DNA of 64,000 bases from Candidatus Eiseniibacteriota bacterium (GTDB lineage: Bacteria > Eisenbacteria > RBG-16-71-46 > SZUA-252). Of this stretch, positions 51,614-60,131 are shown piece after piece (position 1 is the first letter of the stretch; each line of letters starts with the position of its first letter). The stretch is from assembly GCA_035716005.1 (NCBI GenBank), contig DASTKG010000143.1, positions 490-64,489 of the forward strand, read 5' to 3'. The notes below the pieces were generated by a model that made no database searches, was not told where the DNA came from, and saw only the letters and a program-made list of their open reading frames with translations. Both the position numbers and the translations under genes were made by a program.

Positions 51614-52678
51614 TTACCGAGGCTTCGGCGCGTACGGGTTGCCGCCCACGGCGTTCGACACGTCGGCGATCGCCTTCTGGGCCTTGACGCTGTTGCCGGC
51701 CGCGTCGAGCGGCGGCGAGATCACCGCGATTCCGAACTTGCCGGGAGAGACGGCCAGGATGCCGCCGCCCACGCCGCTCTTGGCCGGGAGACCGGTCCAG
51801 AAGAGCCACTTGCCGGAATCGTCGTAGAGGCCCGCGGTCGCCATCACGGCGAGCACCTCGGGCACGTTTTCGGTCTTCATGCACTGCTTGGCGGTGACGG
51901 GATTCTTGCCGCCGTTGGCGAGCGTCGCCGCCATCGTGGCCAGGTCCTTCGCATTCACGCTGATGGCGCACTGCTCGGTGTAGATGTCGCAAGCCTGGAG
52001 CGGGTTGTCCTTGATGTGGCCGTAGGCGTACATGAGCATCGCGATCGCCTGATTGCGCTGGTTGGTCGCCGCCTCTGAGTCGAAGACTTCCTTGTTGACC
52101 GTGAGCGGACGGCCGGCGAAGTCGCTGTGAATGCCGAGAATCTTGTTCCAGATCTCGTCGCGGTTGGCGCCGCTCACCATGCTCGTGGCCGTGATGGCGC
52201 CCGGGTTGACCATGGCGTTCATCTCGGCGCCCTTGTACTGCTCCACGGCGTTGATGGAGTTGAAGACCTGGCCGGTGGCGTCGACGCCCATGTTGTCCCG
52301 GATCGCTTCGGGGCTCTGCTCCTCCATGACCTTCGCCATGGTGAAGACCTTCGAGATCGACTGGATCGAGACTTCGGACGTGATATCGCCGGCGCTGTAG
52401 ACCTTGCCGTCGACGGTCACGAGAACGATGCCGTAGATCTTGGAATCGACCTTCGCGAGCGCCGGGATGTAGTCGGCGTTCTTGCCTTCCTGGAGATCTT
52501 TGAACTTGGCGTACGCGCCATCCACGGCCGCCTGATAGGCCGGCGCGGCCGGCGCGGCGGTTTTTCCGCCCTTCTGCGCGAAGGCCGAAGCGGAGGCCAC
52601 GGCCAGCATGACGACGACCAGCGTCAGCGCGCGGAAGCCGCCCGCGACGCGATGAAGCCGCTCATCGAAGCGGATCAC
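51614..52678 (-). CDS. glsA: glutaminase with signal peptide
   Basis: Glutaminase-family SIQSISKVF active-site serine motif and ~300-aa catalytic core. An N-terminal signal peptide is present. The start overlaps the upstream porin stop. Confidence 0.8.
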   Translation of the reverse strand: MIRFDERLHRVAGGFRALTLVVVMLAVASASAFAQKGGKTAAPAAPAYQAAVDGAYAKFKDLQEGKNADYIPALAKVDSKIYGIVLVTVDGKVYSAGDITSEVSIQSISKVFTMAKVMEEQSPEAIRDNMGVDATGQVFNSINAVEQYKGAEMNAMVNPGAITATSMVSGANRDEIWNKILGIHSDFAGRPLTVNKEVFDSEAATNQRNQAIAMLMYAYGHIKDNPLQACDIYTEQCAISVNAKDLATMAATLANGGKNPVTAKQCMKTENVPEVLAVMATAGLYDDSGKWLFWTGLPAKSGVGGGILAVSPGKFGIAVISPPLDAAGNSVKAQKAIADVSNAVGGNPYAPKPR

Positions 52679-53919
52679 TGGTTACCTCCCGTATTGATCG
52701 AGAAGCTGTACTTGAACGACACCTGGATGTGGGTGTCGTCGAACTTGAACCCGTCGGTGGTGGCGTCGCCCTTGTTCTCCCGCTCGATCCAGCCGCCCTC
52801 GATGCCGCACATGAAGTTCGGCACGGGGGTGTAGAGCAGATTCGCGAGCATGTACTGGCCGGTCTTGAAGGCCGTCGCGCTCTGTCCTTCGGAGTTGTCG
52901 ATGTCGAGGCGCGAGTATCCGATGGAGCTGCTGAACTTCTCGTTCCAGGTGTGATCGAGGAACGCCACGATTCCGGTCACCGGAAGCGCCACGCCCTTCA
53001 CGGGCTGGACCGGGTCGCTCGGCGTGTTCTCGGTGCCGATGTCGACGGGGGCGTCGTTCATGTAGTTCTCGACGCCCTCGCCATGGAGAAACTGGAGCCG
53101 CGCGACGTTCGCCTTGCCGAGCTTGAGATTGGAGCTGACGTTGAGGCCCCAGCCCGTGACGGCGTCGGAGAGATCCTGGGTCTGGGCGGGGCCCGCCGTG
53201 ATGTCGTCCCACTCGATCTGCCGCACGATTCCGGCCGCCTCGAAATAACCCCAGGGACGCGTGACGCGGTACTCGGCCGATAGATCGGGAAGCGGATAGC
53301 GGGCGCGGATCCCCGAGAGGTCGGCGATTTCGGAGGAAACCCCCTGGTCGCCGCTGGCGCCCGGGCGCTCGAGCGCGATCGTCATGCTGTTGTCGCCCTG
53401 GAGGGGCATGTAGCGGAGTTGGACGTTCCGAAAGAACGCCATTCCATTCGGGCCCCAGTACTCGAGCGTGTTCGGGAAGACGTCGATGTCCATGAAGGGG
53501 CTCCACGTCTGGCCGGCACCCCATTTGCCGAGCTCGCCGTAGGCGTGACGGAGCCGGAACGTCGTCTGGCCCGCGTCGACGCCCACGCCGTAAAGCTCGA
53601 ACTCGAACGTCGTCTTGATGTCGCCCATCTCGGTCGGAAGCGTCGACTTCACGCCGAAGCGCGTCTGCCGGGCGCTGAAGAAGACGCTTCCATCCTTCCC
53701 GAGCGCATCGGCCGCCGCCTGGGACTCCGGTAGCTTGGTCGGGCGCTGCGCGTCGAACCAGTTCGGATCGATCGCCTCGTTGTTGTAGCCGGCGTCCATC
53801 ATCACGAAGCCGTAAAAATTCATCGTGGCCGAATCGGCGGCCATCGCCGGCGCGGCGCCGCATACCGCGACGATCGCGAGGGCGACGAGCCATCCAGCGG
53901 ACGTTCTCGACTTGCTCAT
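52675..53919 (-). CDS. outer-membrane porin paralogue (DcaP-like barrel without the coiled coil)
   Basis: Signal peptide. The shared block FRLRHAYGELGKWGAGQTWSPF matches FRLRHAYAQFKGVIAGQTWSTF in the 48487..50094 porin. The C-terminal 10 residues are ...KYSFSINTGGNQ, with the YSF triplet at positions -9 to -7. Confidence 0.6.
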   Translation of the reverse strand: MSKSRTSAGWLVALAIVAVCGAAPAMAADSATMNFYGFVMMDAGYNNEAIDPNWFDAQRPTKLPESQAAADALGKDGSVFFSARQTRFGVKSTLPTEMGDIKTTFEFELYGVGVDAGQTTFRLRHAYGELGKWGAGQTWSPFMDIDVFPNTLEYWGPNGMAFFRNVQLRYMPLQGDNSMTIALERPGASGDQGVSSEIADLSGIRARYPLPDLSAEYRVTRPWGYFEAAGIVRQIEWDDITAGPAQTQDLSDAVTGWGLNVSSNLKLGKANVARLQFLHGEGVENYMNDAPVDIGTENTPSDPVQPVKGVALPVTGIVAFLDHTWNEKFSSSIGYSRLDIDNSEGQSATAFKTGQYMLANLLYTPVPNFMCGIEGGWIERENKGDATTDGFKFDDTHIQVSFKYSFSINTGGNQ

Positions 53920-53950
53920 ATCGTTCCTCCTGGGTTGATCCGAAGCGGGC

Positions 53951-55054
53951 TCACCGGCCCGGCTTCAGGTGCGCGGCTTCCCATGCCCGCGCGTTCCGAC
54001 GTCCTTCGTCGAAAATTCGCTCGTAGTTTCCCTTCCGGACTTTCTCGCTCGCCTCCTTGGTGAGCAGGGTCCACAGCGGCTGGTACATGTCGTAGACCTT
54101 GAAGTGGGACGCGGAATCGGCCGGCGCCACGTTGTCGGTGCCGAAGAGGAACCGGTCCGGATACTTGTTGATGAGGTCGGCGGTGCGCCGCGTCGCCTCG
54201 GGGCTCGAGATCACGTACTTCGCCGTCTCGTCCCACGAAAGATCGAAGGAGACGCGGACGCAGGCCGGGTCCTCGAGGATGTCCTCCAGCATGTCGAGGT
54301 GGTGGCTGACGGGCTGGACGACCCGCCCAACCCCGACGTGGGCCCAGATGATCGAGTTCTTCGGGTGCCGTTTCAGGAGGTCCTTGAACTCGGCGAGGAA
54401 CTTGGGCGTTTCGCCCTTGCGCGGGTAGGGCCGGTCGACGTCGTTGTGGATGATGCAGACCAGGCCGACCTCGGCGGCGAAGTCGAGCAGGCGGTCGAGC
54501 GCCGGGTCGGTGAGGCTCGCGATATCGCCCGCGATCTTCGAGGAGACGAACTCCTTGTGGATGCTGAACTCGCCGATTCCCGAGAAGACGCCGGGGAACG
54601 TGAGGAGAACGCGGCGGATGTGATCCGCGGCGTACATGTCGGTGGGATTGAAGCCGGTGATCATCGGATCGAATCGCGCCTGCTCCGACTTGGAGAGCGA
54701 CTTGTAGGCCATCGCGATGGCCGCGTCGGTGAAGGAGTAGTAGTAGAGCCGGGCGTCGGTATCGAGGTAGTAGGTCGGGGCGTCGGTGCCCGAAACGCGG
54801 TACGACCACTGCTGCTGAAGCGGAATGCCGAAAAGGGTCGAGCGGCCCACGCGATGACCCATGAGCTTCAGGTAGCGGTGGATGTCGATCCCTTCCTGGA
54901 CATAGTTCGTGAGGTGGAAATGCGAGTCGTTGAATTCGTAACGGCTCGAGCTCGCGCTTGCCGGCGCGGCGGCGGTGGGAAGGGGAGCGGCGGCGGCGAT
55001 CGCGGAGGCGATGACGGCCATTGCGCAGACGCGGCCGATGGCTCGAATGCTCAT
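53951..55054 (-). CDS. amidohydrolase-family metal-dependent hydrolase with signal peptide
   Basis: N-terminal DSHFHL (HxH) metal-binding motif typical of the amidohydrolase_2/TIM-barrel hydrolases. Start taken at the internal Met (MSIRAIG) preceded by GGAGA. Confidence 0.6.
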   Translation of the reverse strand: MSIRAIGRVCAMAVIASAIAAAAPLPTAAAPASASSSRYEFNDSHFHLTNYVQEGIDIHRYLKLMGHRVGRSTLFGIPLQQQWSYRVSGTDAPTYYLDTDARLYYYSFTDAAIAMAYKSLSKSEQARFDPMITGFNPTDMYAADHIRRVLLTFPGVFSGIGEFSIHKEFVSSKIAGDIASLTDPALDRLLDFAAEVGLVCIIHNDVDRPYPRKGETPKFLAEFKDLLKRHPKNSIIWAHVGVGRVVQPVSHHLDMLEDILEDPACVRVSFDLSWDETAKYVISSPEATRRTADLINKYPDRFLFGTDNVAPADSASHFKVYDMYQPLWTLLTKEASEKVRKGNYERIFDEGRRNARAWEAAHLKPGR

Positions 55055-55439
55055 GCGTCTCCTCGAGATCGTGAGCGGGAAACGATGGGCAACGCGGCCC
55101 GCTCCCATCCTGGACTTCGGGCACGATCGGCCACGACGGCTCGACGAACGCCGCCACGCCCCCCAGCGCAAGCGAACATGCCCTCCGAGGCGTGGCCCAC
55201 ACGATGAGTCCGTGGCGGCCCCATGCCTCCGTGGAGAAGCTAGTGTCGGGAGTCCGGTGCATCAATAGACCCTTGGTCCCATACCCGCATGGGACTCCAG
55301 GGACGCAAGATACGAAATCCGAACAGGCCGGAGTCTGCCTGAGAGAAGGCGAAACGGCAACGACCTTCCTGCCGGGGTCCGGCCCGGCATGGGAAGCCGG
55401 AGCATGACGGGCCTATTCCACAATCGAAAGGAGCGGGTC

Positions 55440-56156
55440 ATGTGGCTTAAATCGGGTCTCGTGAGTACCGTGATCGTGGGTACCTTGGCGTGGGGCGCGG
55501 CGGCCCAGGAGACGGCGCCGACGGCCCAGGACCGGGTCGAGATGTTGAAGCAGTCCTTCGCGGCATCCAAAGCGGCGCTGAAGCAGTACGAGTGGGTCGA
55601 GACGGTCGCCCTGTCGCTCGGCGGCGAGGAGAAGGTCCGCCAGCAGAGCCGGTGCTATTACGGGGCGGAGGGCAAACTCCAGAAGAGCCCGATCGCCACG
55701 GAGGACCAGGACGAGAAGAAGAAGAAACGCGGACTTCGCGGCAAGGCGATCGAGAGCAAGAAGGCCGAGGTGGGGGCCTCGCTCAAGGCCGCCGTGGGCC
55801 TCCTTCGGCAATACGCGCCGCTCGACCCGGCGAAGATCGAGGCCGCCAAGGCCGCCGGCAACGTCAGCACGTCCCTGCCCGGGGCGGACGGACGCATCCG
55901 CGTCACGATCAAGAGCTACCTCAAGCCGGGGGACGAAGTCGTCGTCGACGTGGACGGAGCGAAGAACACGCTACAGGGCGTTTCGATCGCCTCGTTCCTC
56001 GAGGAGGGGAAGGAGAAGAGTCCGGTCTCGGCGAAGGTGACCTACGCGGCCCTGCCGGACGGCACGATCTACCCGGGAACGGAAGTCCTCGAGATCGCCG
56101 CTCAGAATCTCAAGGTCGACATCGAGAACAGCGGATACAAGAAACTCGCTCCATAG
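55440..56156 (+). CDS. hypothetical lysine-rich periplasmic protein
   Basis: AAAGGAG RBS 6 nt before the ATG. Signal peptide LVSTVIVGTLAWGAAAQ. No recognisable domain. Confidence 0.5.
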   Translation: MWLKSGLVSTVIVGTLAWGAAAQETAPTAQDRVEMLKQSFAASKAALKQYEWVETVALSLGGEEKVRQQSRCYYGAEGKLQKSPIATEDQDEKKKKRGLRGKAIESKKAEVGASLKAAVGLLRQYAPLDPAKIEAAKAAGNVSTSLPGADGRIRVTIKSYLKPGDEVVVDVDGAKNTLQGVSIASFLEEGKEKSPVSAKVTYAALPDGTIYPGTEVLEIAAQNLKVDIENSGYKKLAP

Positions 56157-56206
56157 AACGGGACGGACCGGGCGAGGTCGCTCCGCCGCGACCTCGCCCG
56201 GACCGA

Positions 56207-57064
56207 TCAGAATCGAAACGACGCCGAGAGCACGCCCACGAAGGCGTCGTCGAAATTCGAGCCCGCCTCGAGCAGCACCTCCCAGCGCTTGCCGAATCCG
56301 AGACTGCCTCCGGCCTGGTACGTCCAGGGGTCGACGGGGCGCTGGTCGATTTCCACCACCACGGTCCCGAGCGTCGGCGACTCCTCGTGGACGGTGAGCG
56401 TGCGGTCGGTCTCCAGATACGCGGCGCCGACCCAGGCCCTCCAGATGCCGCGGCGAGTCGAGCCGGACCAGCCCGTTCGCGCGGAGACGAACCAGGCCGA
56501 GATCCCTCCGTCGAGGGCCTCGAGATCCGTGTGGTTGTAGTTCGCGTCCCCCAGGACGAACCAGGGGCCGTACCCGGCCACGGCCGTGGCGCCGGCGCCG
56601 AGGAGCGGGCCGCCGACCTGCGTGTCCTGCGACAGGTCGAGAACGACCGGGGGGCCGAGGACGCGGTCGACCGTGACGGCGGCGTCGAGGCGGGAATCGG
56701 TGTAGGTGCCGCCCACGAGGACGTAGAGATCCAGGAGCGGCAGGATCCACGCGTCCAGCTTCAACGCCGCCAGGGTGGTGTTGTTTCGCACCGCGAAGCT
56801 CGCGACGTCGCTGACGCTCACCGGTTCGCGGGTGGGGAGGGTCACGCGAACGTCGGTGACCTCGATGTCCCGATCCATGGTGACCATGAAGAGGCTCACG
56901 CCGAACGGATTCGGGAGATCGATGCCGCGATCGAGTGCCCAATCCGCGCCGATCGGGAGGGGGCGCTCCCACCGGGAGTCTCCCTTGGGAGGGGATGACG
57001 CGGCCGCCGACGGCGAGACGGTCATCGTCGGCAGGATCATCGCCGCGGTTGCCGCCAAGGCCAT
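56207..57064 (-). CDS. hypothetical outer-membrane beta-barrel-like protein
   Basis: Signal peptide MALAATAAMILPTMTVSPSAAA, beta-rich sequence and a C-terminal ...ASFRF. Confidence 0.45.
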   Translation of the reverse strand: MALAATAAMILPTMTVSPSAAASSPPKGDSRWERPLPIGADWALDRGIDLPNPFGVSLFMVTMDRDIEVTDVRVTLPTREPVSVSDVASFAVRNNTTLAALKLDAWILPLLDLYVLVGGTYTDSRLDAAVTVDRVLGPPVVLDLSQDTQVGGPLLGAGATAVAGYGPWFVLGDANYNHTDLEALDGGISAWFVSARTGWSGSTRRGIWRAWVGAAYLETDRTLTVHEESPTLGTVVVEIDQRPVDPWTYQAGGSLGFGKRWEVLLEAGSNFDDAFVGVLSASFRF

Positions 57065-57207
57065 GCCTCGCCAATGCATCGCTGTCGCCTCCGGCCGGGG
57101 AAGGGGGATCGATATGGCGCCCTGCGAGCATCTTACCTACTATCCGCTCGAGCGGCATGCCGGCGCGCGGGCGATCGGAATCATGTTTCAGTGGGGGTGG
57201 GCCGTCG

Positions 57208-57948
57208 ATGGAGAAATTCCACATCGTCGCGGAGACGGGCCTGGCTGCGCTCCTCTTCGCGTCGTCCTTCCTCTTCGGCCGCCGCTTCCACCCCCTTCGC
57301 CCGCTCATTCGCGACGACCGAGTCGGGCTCTCCTTCGGCGCCGGGATGTCGGTCGCGTACATCTTCATCCACGTCATGCCGGAGCTCCACGCCGTCCGCG
57401 CGTCCTTCGCCGAGGGGATGAACGTGCCTCTGCCGTTGAAGGGCATGGTGGTCTATTACCTCGCGCTGGTCGGCTTTCTCCTCTTCTACTTCATGGACCA
57501 GCTCCGCGAACGCATGGCGCGGTCCGACGGCGAAACGGGAGAGGTCCATGCCTTCCGGCTCGACATCGGCGGCTTCGCGGCGTACGCCTGCCTGATGGGC
57601 TACCTGCTGGTGCGAAATCTCGGCGAGAGCCACGTCTCGACGGCGTTCTTCGGCGTGACCATCGCCGTGCACTTCCTGGCCCTCACCCACTCCCTCGAGG
57701 CGGAGCACGGCGTCGCCTACCGCCGGATCGGCCGATTCGTTCTCGCCGGGATGTCGCTGCTCGGCTGGGGGCTCGGCCTGGCGTTCCCTTTGCCGCAGCA
57801 CGTGCTCGCGCTCTTGGTGGCCTTCATCTCCGGGGCCGTGGTCATGAACGCCACGATCATGGAGATCCACTCCCAGAAGGAGGGGCATCTCCTCCCCTTC
57901 GCGGCCGGAGGGCTGATCTACGGCCTGATTCTCCTCCCGCTAGGCTGA
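57208..57948 (+). CDS. hypothetical polytopic inner-membrane protein (possible metal-ion transporter)
   Basis: ~7 predicted TM helices with His/Glu-rich loops (HSLEAEHG). ATG at 57208. Confidence 0.45.
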   Translation: MEKFHIVAETGLAALLFASSFLFGRRFHPLRPLIRDDRVGLSFGAGMSVAYIFIHVMPELHAVRASFAEGMNVPLPLKGMVVYYLALVGFLLFYFMDQLRERMARSDGETGEVHAFRLDIGGFAAYACLMGYLLVRNLGESHVSTAFFGVTIAVHFLALTHSLEAEHGVAYRRIGRFVLAGMSLLGWGLGLAFPLPQHVLALLVAFISGAVVMNATIMEIHSQKEGHLLPFAAGGLIYGLILLPLG

Positions 57949-58084
57949 CCGCGGCGCGGCGACGGGGCGAGGAGCCGCGCGCGAGAGTGCGCCGGTCGGA
58001 TGATTGCGTGGCCGGGTTCGATCGGCTAGCGTGGGGGCGCGAGGACCGACGGCACGCAGCGTCCGCTATCGAGGGAGGTCGCCC

Positions 58085-58396
58085 ATGAACGAGCCCACCA
58101 CCGTCACGCGTGAACAGATGCTGTCCGACCTGAGGGCCGTCGTGGCCGACTCCGAGGAACTCCTCCGGGCCACCGCCGGCGCCGTCGACGAACGAGCGGC
58201 CGCCGCGCGCGCCCGCGTCGAGGAATCGCTGGCCGCGGCGAAGGCCAAGATCGAGGAGTTGGATTCGCAGATGCTCGATCGCCTCAACCAGGCCGTGAAG
58301 GCGGCCGACGAGTACGTGCACGAGCATCCCTGGGGCGCGGTCGGGATCGCCGCCGCGGCGGGGCTGCTGGTCGGCGTCCTCATCGCGCGGCGCTGA
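58085..58396 (+). CDS. DUF883 (ElaB/YqjD/YgaM family) membrane-anchored protein
   Basis: GAGGGAGG RBS. A coiled N-terminal domain and a C-terminal TM WGAVGIAAAAGLLVGVLIARR typical of the family. Confidence 0.7.
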   Translation: MNEPTTVTREQMLSDLRAVVADSEELLRATAGAVDERAAAARARVEESLAAAKAKIEELDSQMLDRLNQAVKAADEYVHEHPWGAVGIAAAAGLLVGVLIARR

Positions 58397-58399
58397 GGC

Positions 58400-58801
58400 A
58401 TGGCCATGAACGAAAAGAAGGAATCCCGCCGAGCGGGCGGACTGAGCGGATCGCTGCGCCGATTCGGGGACAGCGTGCTCGGGCTGTTCGAGACGAGGGT
58501 GGAGATCTTCTCACTGGAGTGGGCGGAGGAGCGGCGAAACCTGACGCGCCTCCTCCTCCTCGTGTTCGCGATCGTGGCGTGTCTCCAGCTCGCCATCGTC
58601 ATGGGGCTGGTCTTCCTCATGCTGGCGATCGGCCAGGAATATCGCGTGGCCGTGCTCGGCATCGCGACCCTGGTGCTGCTCCTGGGGGTCGTGGTGGGTG
58701 TGCTATGGCTCCGGGCGTGGCTGAAGCGTCGTCCGCCGATGTTCGCCGTGACGATCGCGGAGCTGCGGAAGGACCGCGAATGGATTCGAGGCGACCTGTG
58801 A
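58400..58801 (+). CDS. YqjE-like inner-membrane protein (DUF1469, often annotated phage-holin-like)
   Basis: Two TM helices with family-typical charge distribution, located immediately after the DUF883 gene. Confidence 0.55.
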   Translation: MAMNEKKESRRAGGLSGSLRRFGDSVLGLFETRVEIFSLEWAEERRNLTRLLLLVFAIVACLQLAIVMGLVFLMLAIGQEYRVAVLGIATLVLLLGVVVGVLWLRAWLKRRPPMFAVTIAELRKDREWIRGDL

Positions 58802-59124
58802 GCGGCGCGCGCGACTTGTACGAGGAGCGCCTTGCCCTGCTGGTGGCCCGCGCCGCGGCCGAGCGCGCGGCCCTGGGGAAGCAGCTCGAGCCGATTCGGA
58901 AGATCGACACCGGACTCGCCTGGCTGGCGGAGAAGAAGACCCAGCTCCCCACGATCGCGCTGGGCGCGGGGCTCGGGCTCTCCGCGCTCATGCTGGTGCT
59001 GCCCGCGGGTCGCTCCTCGCTTCTCCGGGGAGGGCTCGCGCTCTTCCAGCTGGCGGGCTCGGTGAAACAACTCCTGTCGCGCCACCGCACGTCCGAAGAT
59101 CGGGAGCGCGCGATTACTCCCTAG
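58798..59124 (+). CDS. YqjK-like protein
   Basis: GTGA-coupled to the previous gene. Small protein with one TM, in the third position of the yqjD-yqjE-yqjK-type triad. Confidence 0.45.
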   Translation: MSGARDLYEERLALLVARAAAERAALGKQLEPIRKIDTGLAWLAEKKTQLPTIALGAGLGLSALMLVLPAGRSSLLRGGLALFQLAGSVKQLLSRHRTSEDRERAITP

Positions 59125-59154
59125 GTCCGTGCGACCGCCGCTCGCCGCTGCCGG

Positions 59155-59847
59155 CTACGCGATCCCGTGGAACAATCGATCGAACCGGGGCCGGAAGTGA
59201 TCGCCGTCCCAGGACCAATAGAGGAAGACCGCCTTCCCCTTGATGTTCGAGAGGGGCAGCGGGCCCCAGAAGCGGCTGTCGAGGCTGTTGTCCCGATTGT
59301 CGCCCATCATGAAGATGGTGCCCGCGGGCACGACGTAGGGCCCGAAGTTGTCACGGGCGGAAAGCTCTCGCGGAAAGACGCGCGGATCTTCGTGGTGCGC
59401 GAAGGGCTCCACGCGCTTAGCGCCGTCGACGTAGAGCGTCTTGTCCTTGATCTCGATCGTCTGGCCGGCCACCGCGACGCAGCGCTTGATGAAATCCTGA
59501 CGCGGGTTCGGAGGATACCGGAAGACGATGACGTCGCCCGGCTTCGGCTGACGGATGGCGGGGAAGCGATAGTAGAAGTAGCGATGACCGCCGAACCCGA
59601 TATCGATCTCGGAGCCGTAGAGCATCTTGTTGATGTAGAGGAAGTCCCCGATCAGGAGCGTCCGCTCCATGGATCCGCTCGGAATCTGGTAGGCCTGGGC
59701 GACGACGCCGCGGAACGTGATGACGATCGCGAGGGAGATCGCCGCGGTCTTGATCCACTCGGCGAGGGTGTCGCCCTTCTTGGGCGGCTTGGCGCGCATG
59801 GCGGGCTTCTTCACGTCCTGCTTCGAATCCTTCGATTGCTTTGCCAT
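59155..59847 (-). CDS. lepB: signal peptidase I
   Basis: Catalytic Ser box IPSGSM, Lys box KRCVAVAGQ and GDNRDNSLDSRFWG box E. Start taken at MAKQSKD; the track ORF extends to 60114. Confidence 0.85.
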   Translation of the reverse strand: MAKQSKDSKQDVKKPAMRAKPPKKGDTLAEWIKTAAISLAIVITFRGVVAQAYQIPSGSMERTLLIGDFLYINKMLYGSEIDIGFGGHRYFYYRFPAIRQPKPGDVIVFRYPPNPRQDFIKRCVAVAGQTIEIKDKTLYVDGAKRVEPFAHHEDPRVFPRELSARDNFGPYVVPAGTIFMMGDNRDNSLDSRFWGPLPLSNIKGKAVFLYWSWDGDHFRPRFDRLFHGIA

Positions 59848-60131
59848 CGAGCGGCTCCTCGCGGGTTCGTTCCAGGCGGCGCGCCGACGGCACGATGGCC
59901 CGCCGGCACGCCGAAAACTGCATTGAGTATGCGCCATTTGTCGGCGTCCTGCAATCCGGCCACCGGACGCCGTGCGCCGACGATACCCCTCTAACCCCAC
60001 GCGCAGCCGGAGGTTCGAAGCCGAGCCGGCTGCATGGCCCCCTCCTTGCACCGATCGGGCCACGGCTAACGACAACTTGGGGCTGCCCCCACGGAGGGGG
60101 ATCGCAGGGTCCATTCCGTCAGGGGGTTTCC

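Noticed and set aside
48258-57100. Genomic island or integrative element at the tRNA-Leu 3' side
   Set aside because: No integrase, recombinase, transposase or direct repeat of the tRNA 3' end is present in the window, and the gene content (porins, glutaminase, hydrolase) is metabolic.
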